A stretch of 64,000 nt of DNA, taken from positions 33,182,464-33,246,463 of the forward strand of contig NC_043011.1 in the NCBI RefSeq assembly GCF_006345805.1, in the 5' to 3' direction. Below the pieces are notes generated by a model, which made no database searches, had not been told where the DNA came from, and saw only the letters and a list, made by a program, of their open reading frames with translations. This document shows positions 1 through 41,855 of this stretch, piece after piece (the first letter of the stretch is position 1; the number at the start of each line of letters is the position of its first letter). This DNA is from Octopus sinensis. Taxonomy: Eukaryota. The position numbers and the translations under genes are program-made.

Positions 1-27314
<27,314 letters not shown>

Positions 27315-27999
27315 GGTGAGAATTCACTGAAAGAAGAATGTACCACAGACTAACAGACTTCTCTTTATATAGAAAAATATTCTTGACAAAGGGATTATGT
27401 AAGCTTTATGAAATTCTTTAAAATATCTAAAAAAAAATATTCAATTTTATTTAACGGAGATTTATGAAGTCCACAACACCTGTGAATTAGTTCGATAACG
27501 AAGACAATTGCTTAGACACAAATATGAAGCTTAAACCGGATTAAGTTGTCAGTGCTTAAGAATATTTCCTTAAATTCGGTTCTTTGCTTATTTGTGTATT
27601 AGTTGTGATGAGATTAAAATCGATATGCTATAAGCATCTACCTGTTAACGTATTTTAATTATATACGCATCCTCTGTCATAAAACTCTAGCCACTTCACT
27701 GTTATCAAATACAAGGAAAATCTAACAGGTTTAATACGAATATAATCGAAAGTGTTATCTCCTTAGTGAATTAATCGATGAAATATGTAGTAACAGTTGT
27801 TGCGATGATGGTGGTGGTGATAGTAGTGGTGGTGGTGTTGGTGGTTTAGCCCTAGGCGGACTCTAATTGGGCAGACCTGTGATCAGGTAAATGTTTCTTC
27901 TTTGAAGTCTTCTCGTTTTACCTTTGATGCTCTCAGTGGCAATTTGCCTCTTTTGTTCGTTTTCCATCCCCATCTGGTTCTCATAAAATGATGAGACAG

Positions 28000-28560
28000 T
28001 ACTGCTCGGGTAGAAGCTCTGTCGTTATTCGCTTCTGAAACTGAGGGCAAAGCAGTTTTCCAGCAGCCTTCGGAACCATAATTGGTGGTTCGACTAGCGA
28101 CACTGCTGGAACAGTATACTCCGAAATTGTGAACAACGGTGACCTGGAGGTTAAGACCTGCTGCTCCTCACTGCTTTTCCTTCTATTCCTCTTCGCCAGC
28201 TCTTCAAGGCAAAAAGCCCTCCTAGTGGATCTTATTGCCACAGCTATAACAACTAGGTATTTGCCTTGTTCCCTAACTCTCACACACTTTGTATTTGCTT
28301 CCTCGCCTAGATACAAGTCCCTGGTTTTGAAGAGTTATAAGGACTCTTATGGTGACCCCTCCCGATCACATGGTTTTCCCCATTACTTGTGCACTTATCC
28401 TCCACTCATATAGCACTACAGAGTTGCAACTAACCAGGGTTCAATGTCAGTTCCTATATTACTGATTGTCACCTTTCTATTACGCTGTTCCATATCCTGG
28501 AGCACAAACTTATGAGTGGTTAATTCGTACAAAATCTCTTCTTGGTACCTCGCATCTCCC
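28000..28560 (-). mobile_element. Degenerate LINE ORF1/gag remnant with zinc knuckle
   Basis: CYSCGNKIH...C across a frameshift (CCHC). Confidence 0.4.
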
Positions 28561-29199
28561 TAGGCCTTGAAAGTCCGGACTCAGTGCCATAGGCTTTGCC
28601 CCAACCTCTCTCTCTATGTATAAGACGCTAGTTCAGAGATGTGCTGGAGATTACCTGAGCAGGCTTTTCAAGGACACAGAAGTTCCTATCCTTTCATGAG
28701 ACAACTTTAGATCAGTTCTCTTCTTGCTCTCTCTTAAGAGAATTATTCGACCTAGGAAGTAGAGGCCTTGTAAATATAAGTTTTCCATAACTATGGGACT
28801 GTATTCTATCCATATTTAAACATTCGATGTTGACAGCAGTTTTGACAAAACCGCTCAAGTTATTACTTTCTTTTTCGGAAAGCACAAAATTGTCTTTTTC
28901 TGAATCTTGTATGCCTCTCAGAAAATCAGTTTATCGTTCAATTATCCCCATCTCGTATTCGCATGAATAAGGGGACACTGCAAGACATTGCAGAACATTG
29001 CTATAAGGGCTGGTGGTTAAAAAAAATCGAATGAATAAACATAAAAGTGGTTGTGCAAATGTTAGAGAAATACGATAGACTCTCCAGAGAAGTTTCGCCA
29101 CCTGGGAACAATCAAGGATCTGAAAATATTCTGACTATCAAGTCTAAGTGCTCTCTCTCAGCTGTATTCCTGGGCCGAGAAGTGCATGGCGAAAGTAAA

Positions 29200-29440
29200 C
29201 ACATTCATTCGACCCCTACACCCCACTCTTACCTACCTTTGATACATTTACAGGTGAACTTCGTATTCGTCTTCATTTTTACCTTCCTTTTTACGTGAAA
29301 ATTGAAAAGTCGATGAGGGCTGCTCACCATCTTGCCTTGTAATATTTAGGGGTCCGAAAAGCCAATGATGGACCGAGATTCTGGTTCGAAACGGAGTTAA
29401 TTTATTTGCCACAAGGGCAACGAATGAAGGGACAGGGAAC
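29200..29440 (-). mobile_element. L1/Tx1-type ORF2 C-terminal remnant
   Basis: LIDF..FHVKRKVK is similar to the better-preserved copy at 52362-52760. Confidence 0.5.
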
Positions 29441-29547
29441 AAAAAGAAAAGTGGTGAGGATTAGGGTTTGTAACTCGGGCAGAAACTAATTTAGATCAGT
29501 TTAGAAAATTATTCGACCTAGGAAGTAGAGGCCTTGTAGATATAATT

Positions 29548-31060
29548 TTTTCATTTTCACCTAAATATTTGCAGTTATTTTTTAACGCTCTCTCTATTAA
29601 ATGTTGGCACGAACTTTAACATGGGCGCAGACGTTGCTGTATAACTAATAACTTGCTTTACAACTATGGGCTTTCGAGTTCGATCCTACTGTGCAGTAGC
29701 TTAGATGAATTTCTCCTACCGCAACTTCGGGTCGACCAAACCTTTGGGAGAGACATTTTGGCAGACAGAAACGGCATGGAAGCCCGTCTCAGTGCAGTCA
29801 CTGTATGTTTGGACAGTGGACTTAATTCTTTACTCGGGTCGACCAAACCTTTTGGCAGATAGAAACGGCATGGAAGACCTCGTGGACTTAATCCTTTACC
29901 TGACTTCTTCTGTACCTTCTACAGAGCTTGCTCTATTACAACTATTTTGATCAATGTTTCCTATCTGAGGATAATTTCATCCTTTCTTCCCTCCAGTTAC
30001 GAAGGTCGTGAAAATAATTTGGTGGTGCTTCTCATAATGGTTCTTACATTCGCTAATATTGTTATAAAATAAATAGGAACGCCATTCTCATGAAAAAAGA
30101 ACAGTTTAGTTAGTGTTAGCATATTTCAGGTCGGGATTATTAAAAGCTGATGATATGATAGCAATTTCTTCTTCGATTGGCACAAGGCTAGAAATTTTAG
30201 GAAAGTGGGGTAGTCGATTGGATGGAACCTGGTGCAAGACTAGTGCTTATTTTAACAACTCAAAAAGGATTAAAGGCAAAGTCGACCTCAGCGAGATTTG
30301 AACCGAGATCGTAAAGCCGGAAGAACTGCCGCTAAGCATTCCGTAGAGCGTGATGACGATGCTGCCAGCTCGCTTCATTATAATGATGTGATAATGGTTT
30401 CAAATTTTGGCACAGGGCCAGCAGCTTTTGAGGGAAGGGAGAAGTCGAATACATTGACCACAATGTTCAACTAGGCAAAGTCGACCTAGGCGGAATTTGA
30501 ACTCAGAACATAAAGACACGAAATGCCGCATAGCATTTTATCCGGTGTGCTAACGGTTCTGCTAGCTTGCCGCCTTAGATATTAATACCAAAACATATAA
30601 AGGGTTATCTCCCGTACTTCATGCAAACACAACGAAATAACGGTTGTCATTAATATAAATATTTTCATTTTCACCTAAATATTTACAGATTTTTAATGCT
30701 CTCTCTATTAAATGTTGACACGAACTTTAACACGGTGACAGACGTTACTGTATAACTAATAACTTGCTTCACAACTAAGGGCTTTCGAGTTCGATACTAC
30801 TGTGCAGTAGCCTTGACGAATTTCTCCTACCACAACCTCGGGTCGACAAAACCTTTGAGAGAGACATTTTGGCATGGAAGACCACGTGGATTTAATCCTT
30901 TACTCGGCTCATTACCATTACCTGGCCCTTCAGCACCTTCTACAGGGCTTGCTCTATTGCAATCATTTCGACCAGGGTTTCGTATCTGAGGATAATTTCA
31001 TCCCTTTTTCCCTCTACTTACGAAGGTCGTGAAAATAATTTGGTGATGCCTCTCATATAA
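29548..31060. repeat. Diverged local duplication (29548-30045 and 30663-31060)
   Basis: Shared ttttcattttcacctaaatattt...gaaggtcgtgaaaataatttggtg. Confidence 0.8.
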
Positions 31061-31619
31061 TAAAGCCATTATAACAAGAAAAATTACAAAAAAACTGTTA
31101 TATTCAAAATGTCATTGTAGAAGTTTAATACGATGGTGAGTAGTTAAACAGGAAACCGGCAGACAAAATGGTTTTCGGTATCCGTCTAAATATCTGAACG
31201 TTCTTATTTCGAATTATGTGGATGTGGAATTTGCCTTTTATTATTCTGGGGTCAAAAAAAAAGAAAAAAGGCAGCAAACGGACAGAATCGTTAGCATTTT
31301 ACTCTTTTACTTGTTTCAGTCATTTGATTGTGGCCATGCTGGAGCACAGCCTTTTAGTCGAGCAAATCGACCCCAGGACTTATTTTTTGTAAGAACTTAT
31401 GCCGAACCGCTAAGTTACGGGGACGTAAACACACCAGCATCGGTTGTCAAGCGATGTTGGGGGTACAAACACAGACACACAAACATATACACACACACTT
31501 ACATATACATATATACGACGGGCTTCTTTCAGTTTCCGTCTACCAAATCCCCTGCGGATGATGCCATTACAAGGAAAAGAAAGAGCTGGTTCAGGCAGCT
31601 GAACAGATACAGACAAACC

Positions 31620-33017
31620 AACTAGCTACCAGTCAACAGCCAACCTGTCAACCAACCAACCAGCCAACCAGCCAACCAGCCAGCCAGCCAACCAACCAAC
31701 CAACCAACCAACCAACCAACCAACCAACCAAACAACCAAACAACCAGCCAGCCAGCCAGCCAACCAACCAACCAGCCAACCAACCAACAAGCAGCCAGCC
31801 AACCAACCAACCAACCAGCCAACCAGCCAGCCAACCAACCATCCAGCCAACAAACTAACCAGCCAGCCAGCCAGTTAGCCAACCAACCAACCAGCCAACC
31901 AACCTGCCAACCAACCAACCAGCCAGCCAGACAGCCAACCGGCCAGACAGCTAGCAAGCCAATCGACCAACCAACTGTCCAACTAACCAACCAACCAACC
32001 AACCAACCAACCAACGAGCCAACCAACCAACCAGCCAGACAGACAGACAGCTAACCAGCCAGACAGCCAGCAAGCCAATCGACCAACCAACTGACCAACC
32101 AACCAACCAACCAGCCAACCAACCAACCAGCCAACCAACCAGCCAACCAGCCAACCAATCAACCAGCCAGCCAGACAGCTAACCAACCAGACAGCCAGCA
32201 AGCCAATCGACCAACCAACTGACCAACCAACCAACCAACGAGCCAACCAACCAACCAACCAACCAACCAACCAACCAACGAGCCAACAAACCAACCAGCC
32301 AGCCAGACAGACAGCTAACCAGCCAGACAGCCAGCAAGCCAATCGACCAACCAACTGACCAACCAACCAACCAACCAGCCAGCCAACCAACCAACCAACC
32401 AGCCAACCAATCAACCAGCCAGCCAGACAGCTAACCAGCCAGACAGCCAGCAAGCCAATCGACCAACCAACTGACTAACCAACCAACCAACCAACCAACG
32501 AGCCAACCAACCAACCAACCAACCAACCAACCAACCAACCAACGAGCCAACCAACCAACCAGCCAGACAGACAGACAGACAGCTAATCAGCCAGACAGCC
32601 AGCAAGCCAATCGACCAACCAACTGACCAACCAACCAACCAACCAACCAGCCAACCAACCAACCAGCCAACCAACCAACCAACCAGCCAACCAATCAACC
32701 AGCCAGCCAGACAGCTAACCAGCCAGACAGCCAGCAAGCCAATCGACCAACCAACTGACCAACCAACCAACCCACCAACCAACCAACCAACAACCAACCA
32801 ACCAACCAACCAACCAACCAACCAGCAAACCAACCAACCAACCAGCCAACTAACCAGCCAACCAACCAACCAGCCAGCCAGACAGCTAACCAGCCAGACA
32901 CCCAGCAAACCAATCGACCAACCAACTGACCAACCAACCAACCAACCAACCAACCAACCAACCTACCAACCAACCAACCAACCAACCTACCAACCAACGA
33001 GCCAGCCAGCCAACCAA
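31620..33017. repeat. Compound (CCAA/CCAG)n array with a recurring ~50-bp block
   Basis: aatcgaccaa core at about 31961, 32077, 32205, 32341, 32457, 32609, 32741 and 32912. Confidence 0.95.
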
Positions 33018-33317
33018 TTTCTCAAGTGGGTTGTCCCATAGCCCTATCCACTCGGATTTCTACATCTCCCCAACCGAGATAGATATACATTGTGGTAAGT
33101 CATGCTTTAGTGAGTCAATAATAGAGAAATAACATTTTAGAATTATCTGAAACGAATAATCTTTCGCTTGTCATAAATTAGACATACATCTGTCGACACC
33201 AGCGAGCTGTTACCACCTACTGTAAAAGAAAAAAAATATTTAAAAACAAAACAAGACAAAAAATAAAACAGACATAATCCCGAATATTGCTTTCTTCCTA
33301 TTCTTCTTTTTTTTTTA

Positions 33318-33493
33318 CTCTTTGAGTTGTTCCAGTCATTTGGCTGCGGCCATGCTGGAGCACCGCCTTGAAGAAATCGACCCTGAGACTTATTCTTTGC
33401 AAGCCTTGTATTTATTCTTTCGGTCTCTTTTACCGAACCGCTTGGTTACGGGAGACATAAACACACCAGCATCGGTTGTCAAGCGATGGGGCA

Positions 33494-33552
<59 letters not shown>

Positions 33553-33707
33553 GATGATCTTCTTTCAGTTTCCATCTACTAAATCCATTCGCACGGCTTA
33601 GGTCGGTCCGAGGCTATAATTGAAGACACTTGCCCAAGATGCCATGCAGTGGGACTGAGCGCTTCCGTGCGGTTGGGAAGCAAGCTTCTTACCACACAGC
33701 CACGCCT
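33318..33707 (-). mobile_element. SINE family A copy
   Basis: Reverse complement matches the family. Confidence 0.85.
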
Positions 33708-33768
33708 GCTTCTATTTTTATTATTTATTTTTATGTTTCAGTCTCAAGGCTGTGACTATGCTGGATCA

Positions 33769-33816
<48 letters not shown>

Positions 33817-33843
33817 GTTGTTGTTGTTGTTGTTGTTGTTCTT

Positions 33844-33874
<31 letters not shown>

Positions 33875-34124
33875 TTTACTTTTAATCTGCATGTTTGTTT
33901 CAACACTTGCCGAGACACACCCATCATCCTGAGGCGAGTGAAGGATAAGAGATGTTACAGTTTAACTGAAAGCTTGGGGAGAGAAGTGGCAGGAGCAATA
34001 GCGAAATATCTTCATGTAATACAACACAGGCATTTAAATGGATATGGCTTTTCTAAGGATGTAGGCAGTACTTATCAGCACAATCTTTTGGATTTCTCTG
34101 AGACATGGTTCTCCTGGTATCTTA

Positions 34125-34336
34125 TCTAGATCCACGCGGCTTGGGCAGAAGGTAATGGCGAACTTCTGCTGACTCTTTCGCCACAACTTTCCATCGCTCT
34201 TTCTTCCTGCATCTAGCAGCTCACCTGCGGCGGACCGGCGTCCCGTCCAGGTGAGAAACCTATACGCCAATGAAACCGGGAAACCGGCCCTTATGAGCCA
34301 GGCATGGCTCGAGAAGGAACAAATAACAACAACAAC
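34125..34336 (+). mobile_element. SINE 3' part with V-domain-like core and (AAC)n tail
   Basis: cctgcggcggaccggcgtcccgtccagg; related fragment at about 6181-6260. Confidence 0.55.
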
Positions 34337-34466
34337 ATGCGAGTTTCTACTGCATCACCAGTAACACTTTCGACTTCATGAGGTGTGAGCATTCTCATTG
34401 TCTCTTGGGTTGCAGGGTTGTATTTGCTGTGGTGTGTGCTAGAGATTCGAATATAAGGGTACCTAC

Positions 34467-34701
34467 CTTCTCTTCGCTCCGATGGAGACCCTTCAGTGGT
34501 AACGGATCCTTCGACACAGCCCGACCCGAACGCTAAAGATAGCAGCTGCTTCACCCAACCTTAGCAACGTGTTCACCCGTCTTAACACGCCGACGACCCT
34601 CGTTCGAAAAAGCCAAAAATCCCCGCTCGCTGCGCGCGCGTCCGGCTTCCCCCTTCCGGTCAGCCCCAACTTCCGGTCAGCTCACCCAGCTGCTGACGTC
34701 A
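34467..34701 (-). promoter_or_regulatory. Candidate promoter and non-coding first exon
   Basis: CpG-rich patch with CRE TGACGTCA (34694-34701), two ETS-type CCGGAAG sites (34653-34660, 34669-34677) and TGCGCGCGCG (34631-34640); strong donor GAAG|GTAGGT at 34467. Confidence 0.4.
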
Positions 34702-34871
34702 TCCCACGTTTGCATTCTTCATCAGTTCTGCTTTGCAATGGGATTTTTTTGTTTTGTTGTTTCTGCCATTATTTTTGTGCTTCTTATGTACGTTGTGTAG
34801 AATACGATGCGCAGTGGGATTTGCGTCAGTGTGCCACTGGATGGTGTTTGTTTCACGGGTACTGTGAGTCA

Positions 34872-35040
34872 ATGCCATCTTAAGGTATGGGCACGTTGGG
34901 CAGTTGCTTGTGGGTTTCACATGCCCAGGGGCTCAATTCTGATCTATGTATGCTGTGGCTTGCTGTCGATAAATAAATACTAGCGGGCCCAGTGCTCTGA
35001 TTTGTCTAGGCGCCTATAATGCTGCTGAGACAACCTTGCT
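34872..35040. mobile_element. Small hAT-like MITE remnant
   Basis: gccatcttaaggtatgggcac...gggccc...aggcgcctataat ends. Confidence 0.4.
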
Positions 35041-35235
35041 ATCAGGGCCTTTGGAAATAATTCAATTCCCACCCCTTTCGTGAATATTATTGACTTGTAG
35101 GAACACGGTTATTCGTTATGCAACCATAAGATACCACAAAGTATATTAAATGGTTCTATAAACCAATACCGTGTTTTACTGTGTTAGTGTGTGCTTTACA
35201 TCACTTGTTAAGGTTATCTCTACCGATGTTCTATA

Positions 35236-35365
35236 AAAATTACAACCAGCATTAATTTTTGTTACGTTTCGTATCCGAGTAAACAAACAATGAGATCGAA
35301 GTTAAAAAAAGGGTGCGAAACGGATACGAAACGTCGTAACAAAAATTAATGCTGGCTATAATTTC
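35236..35365. repeat. Short inverted-repeat element (32-bp core arms, ~43-nt spacer)
   Basis: 35246-35277 vs 35321-35355, identical apart from a 3-nt insertion. Confidence 0.85.
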
Positions 35366-35396
35366 AATAGAATATCTGTAGAGATATCATTAACAA

Positions 35397-35566
35397 GGCG
35401 TAGGAGTGGCTGTGTGGTAATTAGGTTGCTTGGGTTCAGTCCCACTGCGTGGCACCTGGGCAGGTGTCTTCTACTATAGCCTCGGGCCGACGAAAACCTT
35501 GTCAGTGGATTTGGTAGACGGAAACTGAAAGAAGCCCGTCGTATGTATGTGTATATATATATATAT

Positions 35567-35637
<71 letters not shown>

Positions 35638-35865
35638 GTGTGTGTGTGTGTGGTGTGTGTGTGTGTATGTTTGTGTGTCTGTATTTGTCCCCCAACATCG
35701 CTTGACAACCGATGCTGGTGTGTTTACGTCCCCGTAACTTAGCGGTTCGGCAAAAGAGACCAATAGAATAAGTACAAAGAATAAGTCCTGGGGTTGATTT
35801 GCTCGGCTAAAGGTGGTGCTCCAGCATGGCCATAATCAAATGACTGAAACAATTAAAAGAGTAAA
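35397..35865 (+). mobile_element. SINE family A copy
   Basis: Full-length match. Confidence 0.88.
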
Positions 35866-35899
35866 TATCTTCAATATATACCGACATTTTCTGAGAACC

Positions 35900-36400
35900 C
35901 AGACGATTGTGTTATTCTTTTGCATAGTGATTGTATAGGACATAACTTCCTAAGGTTTTCTCTACAAATTTTTCTGTAGTAATTTGAGCGAGCACTGCAT
36001 AACGAAATACAATGTTCCTACCAGTAATTAATATGAATGTGGTTTGCCTTGTGTTCTGTTTCATCTATGCTATTGAATGGAAAGTGTTTTGCAAAGGACA
36101 TGGACCATGCTTACCGTAGCTATTAATTAGTCTCTACTTAATATGGCAAGCTCTAGTGCTTTTCGTATGTTTTAGCATATCTACTGCGCCAATTATTAAT
36201 AGTACTGCTTTCACTTTGATGCTCCCCATCCGGTTTATTTCAGTTTCGAGATCCCTCAACTGTGATAATCTCTCCACCTTCTTAACAAAGAACAGACATT
36301 TCACTTCAAGTGTTTATAATAATATCGGTACAGTTTACTTTGTACTCCTTGTCTATGCAGACATATTGCAAATGACTGAGGACATGTCCCAGTCATGTAC
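35900..36400 (-). mobile_element. R4/Dong-type LINE RLE-endonuclease remnant
   Basis: KVERLSQLRDLETEINRMGSIKVKAVLLIIGAVDML resembles KY.DL..EI.R.W...IIGALG. Confidence 0.55.
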
Positions 36401-36542
36401 CGTGTTTGACGAGTATTTTTCTACACAGCGGATTTACCGAGGCATATGACGCGCTTTTCTTTCCATTTTTTTTTTTATATATCCAAAATTGTCTCCGTGG
36501 GTGTGTGGCGATACGCACCGGGTAAATGGAGCGACGTGGTCC

Positions 36543-36696
36543 GACCCGTAAGTCGAAAGAATCAGACCCGTAAGTCGAAAGAATCAGACCCGTAAGTCGA
36601 AAGAATCAGACCCGTAAGTCGAAAGAATCAGACCCGTAAGTCGAAAGAATCAGACCCGTAAGTCGAAAGAATCAGACCCGTAAGATTACGGGTCGG
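36543..36696. repeat. Perfect 22-bp tandem array (6 units plus a partial) ending in a palindrome
   Basis: gacccgtaagtcgaaagaatca x6, then gacccgtaa-ga-ttacgggtc. Confidence 0.97.
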
Positions 36697-37682
36697 CCCC
36701 GGCTGGATAGTCACGCTCTAGGTGACCGTCGCACCCCAAGGGAGTCAAGACTATATTGAGGGCTTGCAGTCGGCGTCTAATGCATTCGTATTGCGGATGG
36801 CTACATGAGCACAATAGACTAAGGGACAAGATGAACGTAATCCCACTAGACACAATAATTGTTACTGCTAATAAAATAGTGAAAGTAAACCAAAATTCCA
36901 CAGTCAATTAATACAAATTTACGGAAACTTGCCCGCAATAGGTCGGTATTTTTGAGGGAAGGTTACATAATTTCATTGTACTTACCTCCTTCCTCAGCAT
37001 ACATAACCCACATCTGATATATGTCTAACATCAGTTAATGATTGTGTGACATTTAAGAAACATTTTTTAATTGTCTAAATAAAAAAAAATTCTCTTATGA
37101 ATGTTACACTTTCACCCGCCTTTTAACGAATAGGAATGAGTGGATAACAACAAAATCATAACGGCGGTGCACGATTCAGGCAGCCGATCTCAATAACACA
37201 AAATATCGTAGCCAAAAATATGAGTTTCACATCTTAAACCATAACATAAACAATTACACAGTTGAAATGAAGGAAGATCAAGTTGAAAGATGTAGCTTAT
37301 ATATAATGAATTTATGCTTTGCACTTTATTGCAGTACACTGTCACAATATTATATTTATATGCAAGGCGGCGAGCTGGCAGAAACGTTTGTCCTCTCTAT
37401 GTGGGTAGTAAAGAAATAGGTATTTCGTCCGTCTTTACGTTCTGAGTTCAAATTCTGCCGAGCTTGACTTTGCTTTATTCTTACGAGGCCGATAAAATAA
37501 GCAGCAGTCAAGTACTAAAGTCAATGTAATTGACTCCCCGCTCCCCTCAATGACTGTTGTTCTGGGGGTCAGTATTTGAAACCAATGACTACCATGTATT
37601 ACTCTTTTGTTGAATTTCATCAGCTTTATCTAATCCTAAATATTTGCATGGGCGGTTCTGGTCCAATTCTCTGAATATCGTA

Positions 37683-38063
37683 CTTTTTTACTTGTTTCAA
37701 TCATTTGACTGCGGTCATGCTGGAGCACCGCCTTTTCATTGAACAAATCGACCCCAGGACTTTTTTCTTTGTAAGCCTAGTGCTTATTCTATTGGTCATT
37801 TTGGCCGAACCGCTAATGTTACGGGGACGTAAACACACCAACATCGGTTGTCAAGCGATGTTGGAGGGAGGCAAACACAAATACACACACACACATACGA
37901 TGGGCTTCTTTCAGTTTCTGTTTACCGAATCCACTCATAAGGCTTTGATCGGACTGAGGCTATAGTAAGATACACTTGCCCAAGCAGCTACACAGTGGGA
38001 CTGAACTCGGAACCATGTGGCTGGGAAGCAAGCTTCTTACCACACAACCAATCCTGCGCCTAT
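37683..38063 (-). mobile_element. SINE family A copy
   Basis: Reverse complement matches the family. Confidence 0.85.
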
Positions 38064-38246
38064 AGTGCTTGTTTCAATTTAATATTTTCAGTTTTATTAA
38101 GTAGATTCTAATAGTAATTTATCAAATTCGCCTTATTTCCAAACCATTCTTATAACTTCACTAGATTTATGATTTTTTCTATTTTTTTTTGTCTTTCGTA
38201 CGTTTACCATCCGAGTACATTCCTTGTGACTATTTACAAGCCATAA

Positions 38247-39030
38247 GACGGCGAGCTGGCAGAATCGTTAGCACGCCGGGCGAAATACTTAGCGGTATTT
38301 CGTCTGCCGCTACGTTCTGAGTTCAAATTCCGCCGAGGTCGACTTTGCCTTTCATCCTTTCGGGGTCGATAAATTAAGTACCAGTTAAGCACTGGGGTCG
38401 ATGTAATCGACTTAATACATATGTCTGTCCTTGTTTGTCTCCTCTATGTTTAGCCCCTTGTGGGTAATAAAGAAATAGGTATTTCGTCTGTCGTTACGTT
38501 CTGAGTTCAAATTCCGCCGAGGTCGACTTTGCCTTTCATCCTTTCAGGGTCGATAAATTAAATACTAGCTACGCACTGGGGGCTCGATGCAATCGACTTA
38601 ACACCTATGTCTGTTCTTGATTGTCCCCTCTATGTTTAGCCCCTTGAGGGTAGTAAAGAAATAGGTATGTCGTCTGCCGTTACGTTCTGAGTTCAAATTT
38701 CCCCGCAAGGATGAAAGGCAAAGTCGACTTTGCCTTTCATCCTTTCGGGGTCGATGTAATCGACTTAATCCATTTGACTGTCCTTGTTTGTCTCCTCTAT
38801 GTTTAGCACCTTGTGGGCAATAACGAAATAAGAATCGTTAGCACGCCGGATAATATGCTTAGTGGCACTTCGTCCGTCTTCATGTTCTGCTCTGCGTTCA
38901 AATCCCGCTGAGATTGACTTTGCCTTTCATCCTTTCGAGGTCGATAAGATAAGTATCAGTTGATCGCTGGGGTCGATGTAATCGATTTATCCACTCATCT
39001 GAAATTGCTGGCCTTGTGCCAAAATTTGAA
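38247..39030 (+). mobile_element. SINE family B multimer
   Basis: 3-4 consecutive units; internal palindrome at 38701-38750. Confidence 0.88.
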
Positions 39031-39129
39031 GCCAATATTAGTAAGCCATTTATTTTAGTATTTGTTCGTGGCGTTTATAGTCATTGGTTGTATCATTCGA
39101 TAATTTTGTTAATGGAAACAGAGTTAAGT

Positions 39130-39545
39130 ATAAGAGCAGGGGAGATAATAAAGCCGAGATTACTCTTGAGTGCAGGGCTGTCGTTATTTTCTCTTGATTA
39201 TTTTAGAACTGCACGATTGATGTATTTTGTTAATATTAAAGCTAATTATTTATGTGTTCGTGTGGAGCGAGGTGGAGAGTTTCAAGCATTCACAACTGTG
39301 GAATCTAAATTTTTTCGGTAGTCAATTTAGGCCAAGTTGTGGTTTTCTTTTCCTCTGATTGTTATCTTTTATAACATCTCGATTCACTCTTTGTTGCTTT
39401 TTAGTTCAAAACCTCTTACCATCATCCTTTCTGCTCCTCTGGTAACATGATATTGCTCTCCAGGTGAGTAACCAGCTTACTGTAGAATATTGATTAAGGA
39501 TTTCATATATTGTGCAAGTCATAGGCTTGTGATTTAGGCGACCGT
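39130..39545 (-). mobile_element. R4/Dong-type LINE RT N-terminal remnant
   Basis: HLESNIMLPEEQKG and LA*IDYRKNLDS (cf. AWIDYxKAFDS), with stops. Confidence 0.7.
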
Positions 39546-39624
39546 GGAGTGTCTGAGGTATTCTTGTTTTGGAGAATTAATACTCTTTTACTCTTTTACT
39601 TGTTTCAGTCATTTGACTGAGGAC

Positions 39625-41817
<2,193 letters not shown>

Positions 41818-41822
41818 ATTTA

Positions 41823-41853
<31 letters not shown>

Positions 41854-41855
<2 letters not shown>

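Noticed and set aside
31620-33094. PTNQ-type mucin exon ending at gtaagt (33095), or a CRISPR-like repeat-spacer array
   Set aside because: The recurring block carries TAA and TGA in shifting frames; the spacers are just (CCAA)n; no cas genes; eukaryotic context.
36543-36800. CRISPR array or HDV/hammerhead ribozyme
   Set aside because: No spacers between the 22-bp units; I could not build P1/P2 pairings or find a CUGAUGA-GAAA core by eye.
36686-36907. 73-aa ORF with a hydrophobic N-terminus
   Set aside because: TTG start in T-rich sequence, no splice context, no recognisable domain.
39405-39463. Plus-strand exon with a perfect CAG|GTGAGT donor
   Set aside because: It is the antisense of an R4/Dong RT remnant (HLESNIMLPEEQKG).
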